A stretch of 32,000 nt of DNA, taken from contig JANQHR010000046.1 in NCBI GenBank assembly GCA_028282585.1, positions 82,924 to 114,923 of the forward strand. The letters are read 5' to 3'. Below the pieces are notes generated by a model. The model did not search any database, had not been told where the DNA came from, and was given only the letters and a program-made list of their open reading frames with translations. This DNA is from Bacteroidales bacterium. Lineage in GTDB: Bacteria; Bacteroidota; Bacteroidia; Bacteroidales; UBA12077. Position numbers and translations under genes: made by a program. Below are positions 8,101 to 16,700 of the stretch, piece after piece (position 1 is the stretch's first letter; the number at the start of each line of letters is the position of its first letter).

Positions 8101-11100
8101 ATATTCCTCTATCTCAAAATCAATAGAAGTTAATACCTTTTGTTTAAATTGTCCATCCTTTTTTGCGAATACCGTTCTAAATGATTCATGTCTGTTAATT
8201 AACATATTAAATACATTTCCAAAAACACCAGCGTCAACTTCTCCTTCCAAGATAAAAGAGTTAGATATTATGTACCCATAATTATTCTTAGATAATTCAT
8301 CAATTAAAAGTAGTTGCTTTTGCGAATATGATACTTCGTAATACTCCTGATGCTGTACTTTCGGAATAACATTTCTATTGTAATTTAACTGATTTGTTGA
8401 ATCAGTTGAATTATCTATTAATTCATTTAGTTTATCGATATCAATTCTATTAAAATCGATGCAATCAATAAGTTTTATTTTATATTCATTACCAGTATAA
8501 GAAGGATCATTATAAAGCATTTTTTGAAGATTCCTAATAAATGGTTCTACTGACAATAAAGAAACAAACTCTTCAGCTTTAATTTTTGCAATACTTGACT
8601 GCTTTTCATAAACTTCTTTGCTATAATATAAATCTTTTAATGCCTTTATCCAAGGTTCTATTTCTTGTTCAGGAACTATTGCTTGTGGTAAAGAATTTTC
8701 GTTAAACTCATTCTTATATTCTTTAATATGATTAATAGGTATCAGGTAATCCGTTTCTAATTTTGCTTCTATTAATCCTCCATGCTGACTAGCTAAAACA
8801 GGAATTCCCCTTAACATAGCATCAGTACAGGCCATACCAAATCCTTCAGCCCATAATGTTGGCATTAATAATATCTTTACATTAGCCAAGAGTTCATTTA
8901 AACTCTCTTTATTTTCCATTATTGTAATGTTAGGCACCTCATTCATCAACCTCATATCTGTTGGCGTAGTACCCCAACCCGGAACAATTGCGAATTTAAT
9001 TTCAGGTAATAATTTTGCTAAAGTCAATAGTATTTTAATTCCTTTTACATCACACGGATTAAACATAAAAACATATTCATTATCAAAGGAAGCTAACTTT
9101 GGAAAAATGTCATTTCCAAAATGAGGCGGATGGTTTACAAAAGTACTGAATCCAGTATGTGTTTTAACATAATTAGAAACATACTCACTAATTGTTACAA
9201 TCTGAGTTGATTTACCTATTAATTCGGTTCGCTTTTTTCCAGGGTAAAGACTTTCAGGCCCGAATGGAAGTAATTGGGGAGTATGAGCTAAATATATTAT
9301 ATTATCGGATCTAACCTCATGAATAGCTTTTAACAGTTGTTGAGATGGATCTTCTGCAGAAATAAATATCCAATCGGGTTGAAATTCTTTAATTATCTTT
9401 TGAAGTTCTACTTTTAAATCATCAGTTTCTAAAATTGCATGTACTTCAACATTCTTTATATTAAAAACATACTTTTTATCATAAACATCAACGGTTATTC
9501 CATCATCTTTTAAGCTTTCCAATAATTCCTGGCTCGTAATATCACTAGGAACAGCTAGTGCAGGTGTAACAACTTTTACATTATGACCAAGTTGTGCAAT
9601 TTCTTCTACCAAATATTTATTTGATTTATTAGCGCCTCCAAATACTCTTGTATAAGGTAGATTCATAGTTAAAATCAAATCAAGTTTAATATTAGGTGCT
9701 ACATCTATCTTCTGTAGAATTTCCTTAATATTTGCAATATCAGATTGCTCTATTTTTCTTCTTAATATCAGTTTCCCAAAATCTTGAATTGTTGTTTTTG
9801 AAAATAGAACTACAAAATCAATATCTGTTGAGAATTCATGATTTATCCTTGATAATAATTTTATTGCTAGTAAACTGTTTCCACCTAAATCAAAAAAGTT
9901 TGAGTTAATACTAATTTCATCAACTTCAATATTTAAAACTTCGGCCCAAATAGATGCTAATTGTTTTTCAGTCTTATTACGAGGAGCAATATAGTTATTG
10001 TTAATACCTGCACGTGGTTCCGGTAATTTTTCTTTATCAACTTTTCCGTTAATTGTCAAAGGTAAATTATCAATAATGACAAAAAATGATGGGATCATGT
10101 ATTCTGGAAGCTTTCTTTTTAAAAACTCCCTAAGAATATCATTCAGCTCTGATATTTTATTATCATGGAGTATAATATATGCGCACAGATATTTTTCACC
10201 AGAGTCACTTAATTTATCCACAACAATTGTATCTTTAATCAAATCATGTTTTAGAAGATTCTTTTCAATCTCACCTAATTCAATACGATACCCTCTTATT
10301 TTTATCTGGTTATCAATCCTTTCAACGAATTCTAAGTTTCCATCTGATTTAAAAAAGGCCTTATCTCCGGTTTTATATAAAATATGGTTATTGGAAGTAT
10401 TAATAAATTTTTCAGATGTAAGTTCAACTCTGTTCAAGTATCCTTCGGCAAGGCAGTTTCCTCCAATATAAATTTCACCTGGGATTTCTTTAGGAATAAC
10501 ATTAAATTTATTATCGAATAAATAAATATTAGAATTTGATATTGGTTTTCCAATAGGAACATTTTCGGCATAGTCATCTTCAATTTTGTATTCATAAATC
10601 ATACATCCAACCGTTGCTTCAGTTGGACCATATTCGTTATATATTTGTACAGATCTCTGAAATGCCTTTGATACAATTCTGCAGTCTTTACTTTTAAGCT
10701 GATCTCCACCAATAATCAGTTTCCTAACATTTGAGTTTTTAAGATTATATTCATCTAATATTTTTAAGTGAGCTGGTGTTAACTTTACGATATTTATATC
10801 CTTATTATCAAATATTCTGCTAAAAGTTTCAGGAATATCTGTCGAATCATAAATAATAATTTTACCACCGGTTAAAAGTGGAACATAAATAGAGGTTTTG
10901 GTTAAGTCAAAGGATATGGATGAATATAATGGAAAATTAAAATTACCATCTATGTTATATATGTCCGAAGCCCAATTTATATAATTAGCAATACTTTCAT
11001 GATTAACAATTACTCCTTTTGGATTTCCAGTTGAACCGGAAGTATAAATTATGTATGCGCTTTTATAATTCTTGTTTGATATATCAAAACTCTGACCATT

Positions 11101-12300
11101 TGAAAATATATTATCATTTTTTATACTAACTATATTATAATCATGATTCCATTCCTCTACATATTTAAGATCTGTTATTAAATTGTTAACATTTCCATCC
11201 TTCATCATAAATTCGATACGTAACTTAGATAAGTTGGTATCAATAGGCATATAGCAAGCACCTGTTTTTAAAACTCCCAGAATGCTTATAATAAGCTCAA
11301 TTGAATTATCTAGCATAATTCCTACTATCGAATTTTCTCCAACACCTTGCATTATTAAATAATTTGCTATAGCATTTGATTTAATATTTAATTCCTTATA
11401 AGATAGCTGTTCTTCATTATATTCAACAGCAGCATTATCTGGAGTTTCCAAACATTGTCTGACAAATAATTCACAAATAGAATTATTTAAGTAATCCTTC
11501 TTAGCAGTATCATTAAATTTATTTACTAACTCTTCTTTTTCTTCCGATGATATTAGTGAGAAAGAATTTATTGGATTTTCTAAGTTACTTATAACAGATT
11601 TGAAAAATCCTTTATAATATTTTACTAAATTTTTTATTAACTCTTCAGAGTAAAGACATGAGTTGTATTTTACTTTTCCTTTAAATATTTTACTTTCTTT
11701 TTCAAATGAAAATGAAAAGAGTATGTTGTAATTAATTTCGTTAAGATATCCTTCTTTTTGAATATTTTCATATAATATACCAATATCAAATAAAGGAAAG
11801 CTTTCATTCTTTTTTAAGTTTAATCCCATCTTTTGAACAAGTGCATCAACTGGGTAATTTTGATTTCTAATAACATTAACTAAATTGTCCTTTGTACTTA
11901 GAATAATATCCTTAAAACTTTTCTCCCCATTCACTTGATTTCTAACACATAAAACAGTGTTAAGAAATTCATCCTCAACCTTTTGTTCATGAATTGATGT
12001 ACCTATACTGATATCCTCAGATTGTACATATTTAGATAAAAACGCACTTATTCCGGCAATTAATAATACCTGAATTTTAAAATCCTGTTCTTTACTGATG
12101 TCAAGTATTTTCAATGTAAGGTCTTCATCAAATTTGAACTTATACTCCTGCTTTTCGATCTCTTTATTTATCAAAGAATCTTTACTATATGGAATTATTG
12201 TTTTCTCTTCAAAACCTTTTAAATAATCCAACCAGTACTTTTCTTCGTTATATCCTATATTGTTCAGATATAATATTTTATCAGTTTTACTATTACCCAT
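5104..12300 (-). CDS. NRPS, two modules with an embedded glycosyltransferase: truncated C - A - T - GT - C - A - T
   Basis: 2398-aa ORF with ATG at 12298-12300 (verified) and stop at 5104-5106. It contains two full A-domain motif sets, two carrier motifs ([16 protein letters not shown]), one HHIISDG, and a GT-B-like block with [22 protein letters not shown]. Confidence 0.92.
   Translation of the reverse strand: [2398 protein letters not shown]
5176..5388 (-). other. Peptidyl carrier (T) domain followed by an acidic C-terminal tail
   Basis: aa ~2305-2375. [13 protein letters not shown]...[14 protein letters not shown], with Ser at aa 2342. The tail, aa 2376-2398, reads ...[19 protein letters not shown]. 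Confidence 0.9.
5431..6969 (-). other. Adenylation domain; hand-extracted code DVWHFSLVDK (Ser)
   Basis: aa ~1778-2290. [101 protein letters not shown]. The code is identical to the Ser code I recall for EntF. Confidence 0.85.
7021..8367 (-). other. Condensation (C) domain
   Basis: aa ~1312-1760. [35 protein letters not shown] (nt 7930-7950, verified), [41 protein letters not shown]. Confidence 0.9.
8521..9693 (-). other. GT-B fold glycosyltransferase domain (GT4/Glycos_transf_1-like) embedded between T and C
   Basis: aa ~870-1260. N-lobe: [39 protein letters not shown]. C-lobe: [24 protein letters not shown]...[39 protein letters not shown]. The EX7E-type motif is present as E1152-x7-D1160 (nt 8821-8847, verified on DNA). 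Confidence 0.75.
9766..9987 (-). other. Peptidyl carrier (T) domain
   Basis: aa ~772-845. [14 protein letters not shown]...[14 protein letters not shown], with Ser at aa 809. Confidence 0.9.
10006..11499 (-). other. Adenylation domain; hand-extracted code DLTKIGEVGK (Asn/Asp-like)
   Basis: aa ~268-765. [85 protein letters not shown]. Confidence 0.88.
11551..12300 (-). other. Truncated condensation domain (C-terminal lobe only, no HHxxxDG)
   Basis: aa 1-250. [10 protein letters not shown] (YWxxxLxG-type motif), [56 protein letters not shown], then the C-A linker [15 protein letters not shown]. The protein starts about 20 aa before the YW motif, so the whole N-lobe including the catalytic His motif is absent. 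Confidence 0.75.
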
Positions 12301-12392
12301 TTTAATTTGATTAAAACTTCGACGAAATCTAAGAGTTACTTTGTTTATAGACGTTGATTAATATTCAGATATTTTCTTAACTGTTAAGTGTG

Positions 12393-13721
12393 TTAAAAAT
12401 TAAATGAAGAATCATTTATATCGGAAATATTTGTAATTACCTCTTTTTTAGTATTATTCTTGATAACCTCCATACCATCTTTATCAAAAGTATTGACACA
12501 AAAAGAAAAATCTTTAAATCTGGTAATCCTGAATGTATTATCATCATGCCTTTCTTCCTCTACTTCATCAGAATAACTTCTTGCTCCAAGAACCTCATTT
12601 AGTACATTCCATCTACGCGCAATTTCTCCATCCTCCACTTTATTACTGAATCCTGTTGAAGTAGCACCATTTACATCGCTGTACCCAAAGTGTTTAACTT
12701 TATTAAAACACTTATCTTTTTTAAAAAATTCGGTTAACTCATTAAAAATTTCAATAGTTTCTCCTGGGAAGCCTACCATAATATCTGCAACCATATGCAT
12801 TTTAGGATTATCAAATTTTATTTCCTGAATTGTATCGTATAACTTGGTTAAGTTAATAGGTCTTCCCATGCGGTCCAGGATGTGCTCATTAACGTGTTGC
12901 AGCCCTATATGCAATTCATTTATCCATCCTTTTTTACATAAATCCTTTATTTCAGTTGAGTACTTCTCTAACCATCTAATATGTAAATAACTAAAATAAA
13001 GATTTGCCAATGGAACAGCATTTTTTATTTCATGAACTAGTTCTATTATTGTTTTGTTGCTATCGATTCCATAGGCAAAAGCATCTTCTCCCATTAAATA
13101 TATTTTATCGTAACCTTTTTCAACTCCGGTTTTTACTTCTTTAATTATATCTTCAACAGGTCTACTGTTTATATATCCTTTTGCTTTATTTATAATGCAG
13201 AATGTACACTCTCTTAGACATCCTTCAGAGATTTTTATATAATATACAGGAATTTTTTCTGGAGGTGTTAGGTTATACTTGTTAAAAACATTGACATATT
13301 TAACATCCTTAAATTCTACTTTCGCTCCAATTATCCTGTCAAGAATTTCCTCTTCATGTATGCCAATAATTTCTCCCCCAAATTGTTCTTTTAGTTTTTC
13401 TGACTGTGTCTTTGGCAAACATGCCATAACAATTATATTCTTTTCAGGAAAATTAACTTCTCTTGCAGCTTCTAGTATTTTAATAAACTTCTCATACATC
13501 AAATCATGGAATCCACAACCGCAAATAATAATTTTATCTACATTTAAATCATCACATACCTTCCACCCGTTAGTTCTAAAATATTTTTCAACCGTAGCAT
13601 AATAAGAAGTGTGTCTTTCGCAATGGACATTATTAGTAACTATAGCTACTCTTTTATCTAATAATAAATTATTCATAATAAGAGTTATTAAATTATTTAA
13701 GGGATTACTGTAAATGTTCAC
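12393..13721 (-). CDS. Radical SAM methylthiotransferase-family protein (RimO/MiaB-like)
   Basis: 442-aa ORF. The GTG at 13719-13721 overlaps the upstream TAG by 1 nt. An alternative ATG at 13674-13676 (MNNLLLDKR...) is at least as plausible. Radical SAM motif: YIKISEGCLRECTFCII (compare E. coli RimO YLKISEGCNHRCTFCII, from memory). The N-terminal UPF0004-like domain has three spaced Cys (NNVHCERH, IICGCGFHD, IVMACLPK; spacing ~35 and ~33 aa). Also MVGFPGETIEIF and ARRWNVLNEV. Confidence 0.75.
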   Translation of the reverse strand: MNIYSNPLNNLITLIMNNLLLDKRVAIVTNNVHCERHTSYYATVEKYFRTNGWKVCDDLNVDKIIICGCGFHDLMYEKFIKILEAAREVNFPEKNIIVMACLPKTQSEKLKEQFGGEIIGIHEEEILDRIIGAKVEFKDVKYVNVFNKYNLTPPEKIPVYYIKISEGCLRECTFCIINKAKGYINSRPVEDIIKEVKTGVEKGYDKIYLMGEDAFAYGIDSNKTIIELVHEIKNAVPLANLYFSYLHIRWLEKYSTEIKDLCKKGWINELHIGLQHVNEHILDRMGRPINLTKLYDTIQEIKFDNPKMHMVADIMVGFPGETIEIFNELTEFFKKDKCFNKVKHFGYSDVNGATSTGFSNKVEDGEIARRWNVLNEVLGARSYSDEVEEERHDDNTFRITRFKDFSFCVNTFDKDGMEVIKNNTKKEVITNISDINDSSFNF

Positions 13722-16700
13722 TAGAAGTTAAATTCTTCTTCGTGGTTTTCAATTAATTCGCTATTTGCCAAAATGTAGTTATTTGTTAAGTTGATTTGGC
13801 TCAATATAATTGAATTATTGTTAATTACTAATTCTATTATTCTTTGAAAATGGTCGGCCATCTGAGAAATAAAATCTTGATTAAATGAATCTGAGGCATA
13901 CCTAAAAAGCATATTTGTTCTGGATGAACTCCCAAAAGCATCTAATGTTAAAAGGTATTTTAAATTTTTATTATGTAGATTTTTTTCTCTTTGGGCGTTA
14001 ATTGTATTATTTATCTGATTTGTCCCCTCATCAATATACTGCATAGTAAAAACAGTATTAATCAAATCAAATTCTGATAATTTACCGGATTTTCTTAAAT
14101 GAAAAATTAACTCGTCATATGGTAAGTCTTGATTTTCAAAGTCTACAATAGTTTCATTTTTTATTTTATTAAGATAGGTTTCATATTCAAGATCAGTATC
14201 TATATAACTTTTTACCGGTAACATATTTATAAAAAAACCTACTATATTATTTAAATTGTTGTCAATTCTACCTGCAACTGGTGTCCCAATAAAAAAGTTT
14301 TCTTGGTTAGTATATTTAAATAATAGAATATTATAGACCGAGAGAAGAAAAGCATATAAGGTTGTATTATTTCCTTTTGTGTATTCTCTAATCTTTTTAT
14401 GTAGATTCTTATCAATTGAGAATAGATAATTTTCAGACTCAGGTTCTTCTAACTTTATTCTGTTAACTGGAAGTTTAAGGATTTCAAAAGGATCCTTAAA
14501 TTTATTCAACCAATAGTTTAATTGTTTATCCAAATTCAAATTATGCTGTGAATTAGCCCATTCAGCGTAATCTTTATATTGTAATTTTAATGGAAATAAC
14601 TCCTTTTTATTATAAAGTGATAAAAAATCTTCAATTAATATATCATTTGAAATTGCATCGGAAATAATATGATGTAAATCAAATAAAAGATAACTTTTTG
14701 ATTCTGTTTGAGCAATACATGCCCTTAACAATGGAGGATCATTTAAGTCAAAAGGTTGTATAAAGTTCTTTATTACCTGATTTAGATTACTCGATTTTTT
14801 AAAGTCTTGATTATTAAGATTTCGCAAGTCAATATATTCAATATCAAAATTAACATCGTCAGTTATTTTTTGAATAAGCTTATCATTATAATAACTAAAA
14901 GAAGTTCGTAAACTCTCATGGCGATTGATTAATTTTAAAAATATATCTTTAATCAAATCCTTATCTAATTCATCTTCAAATGAATAAATTCCAGGCAAGT
15001 TATAACTAGTACTATTTTTATTTAATTGATACAGTAAGAATAATCTTCTCTGTGCAGCAGATAGTTCATAATAATCCTTTTTCTCTGAGGATTTTATAGT
15101 TTCATATTCTAATTTCTTACTTGAATTTACCACTGCAGATAGTTTACTAATATCTTGATTAATAAACACATCAGACAATGTTAATTTAACATTAAACTCT
15201 TCAAAAATTCTTGATATTAAAATTGTAGCTTTCAAAGAATGTCCTCCTAAATCAAAAAAGCTATCATTTATACTTATCTCTTTCTCTTCGATCTGTAATA
15301 TCTCTGACCATATTTTTACCAATTGTAACTCTGTTGTACTGCGTGGTGCAACATAGTCCTTACCAGAGCGAATTTCCGGTTTTGGCAATGACTTACGGTC
15401 TATTTTACCATTACTGGTTAATGGTAAACTCGTTAGTTCTTCAAAATAACCTGGAACCATATAGTCCGGTAATATACCTCCTAAGTAATTCCGTAATTCT
15501 GATTGATCTATTTTTGAACCCGGAACATAATATGCACATAAGTATTTATCACCTTCTTCTTCCCTGCATAATACAACACACTCCGAAATATTTTCATGAC
15601 CCAGAATGACTCGCTCTATTTCTCTCAACTCAATTCTAAAACCTCGAATTTTTACCTGGTAATCGGTTCTACCTAAAAACATCAAATTACCATCTGGTAA
15701 CCAGCGTGCTAAATCTCCTGTCTTGTATAGTTTACCTGTTGATTCAAATGGATGTTCAATAAATTTTTCTGAACTTAATGCTTCATCTTGAAAATAGCCT
15801 CGTGCCAAACCATCTCCTCCAATGCATAATTCGCCTATACAACCCTGGGGAACTAATCCATTACTTTCATCTAATACGTATAGCTGTGTATTTACAATCG
15901 GTTTCCCTATGCTTATTTCTTTTTCTCTTGTTACATTCTTTATGCTTGACCAGATCGTCGTTTCTGTCGGACCATACATATTGAATATCTCTGCATTGGT
16001 TAATTGACGAACATTTTCTAATAGTTGCAAGCTTAACTCTTCGCCACCTAATAATAACGATTTTAGATTACGAAGGGATCGGCCCACTCGATCTGATCCC
16101 AATAGTAGTTGTAAACGTGAGGGGGTTAATTGTAATATGGTTACTCCAAATTCTTCCAATCTTCTCAATATCAAGTCTCCATCCAACTGTTCTTGCTCGT
16201 TACCTAATACTAATCGTGAACCACGTAGCAAGGGAACAAATAGTTCTAAGCCAAATATGTCGAAGCTTATGGTGGTTAAAGAAAATAAGCAGTCTGTGGT
16301 ACTAAATGGAATTTCTTTATTGATTCCATATACAAAATTAACCAAGGATTTATGTTCTATCATTACTCCTTTGGGAGTACCTGTAGAACCTGTGGTATAA
16401 ATAATATAAGCTAAATCTGTTGGGGTTGTGGTATCCGGAAATGATAAAAGTCCTGGATAAGTGTGTATTAATGGATAATTTATGTCTAAAACAGTTAAGT
16501 TATCGGTTAAAACTTTATTCAAACTGTTGTCGCTTAATAAATAGTCTATTCCACTACTTTCAATGATGTTCTTAATTCTTAATTCCGGATAACTGGGATC
16601 TAACGGTAAATAAGAACATCCGGATTTAAGTATGCCAAATATTCCGATTATTAACTCCAGCGAACGGCCCGATAATAATCCGATGGTTTGACCAGGTAAA

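Noticed and set aside
12376-12388. 13-bp palindrome CTTAACTGTTAAG just downstream of the MTTase stop, and a 9-bp palindrome TTCGACGAA at 12318-12326.
   Set aside because: Both are too short to distinguish from chance in AT-rich DNA. A 1-nt central spacer cannot form a hairpin. No second copy occurs elsewhere in the window.
12396-12404. Both the MTTase (…DSSFNF) and the upstream PKS-NRPS (…EEEFNF, codons 13724-13732) end in the tripeptide FNF, considered as a duplicated C-A-linker footprint of an insertion event.
   Set aside because: Only three residues are shared, with different codons, and the surrounding residues do not align convincingly. This is noted only as weak circumstantial support for the split-junction finding.
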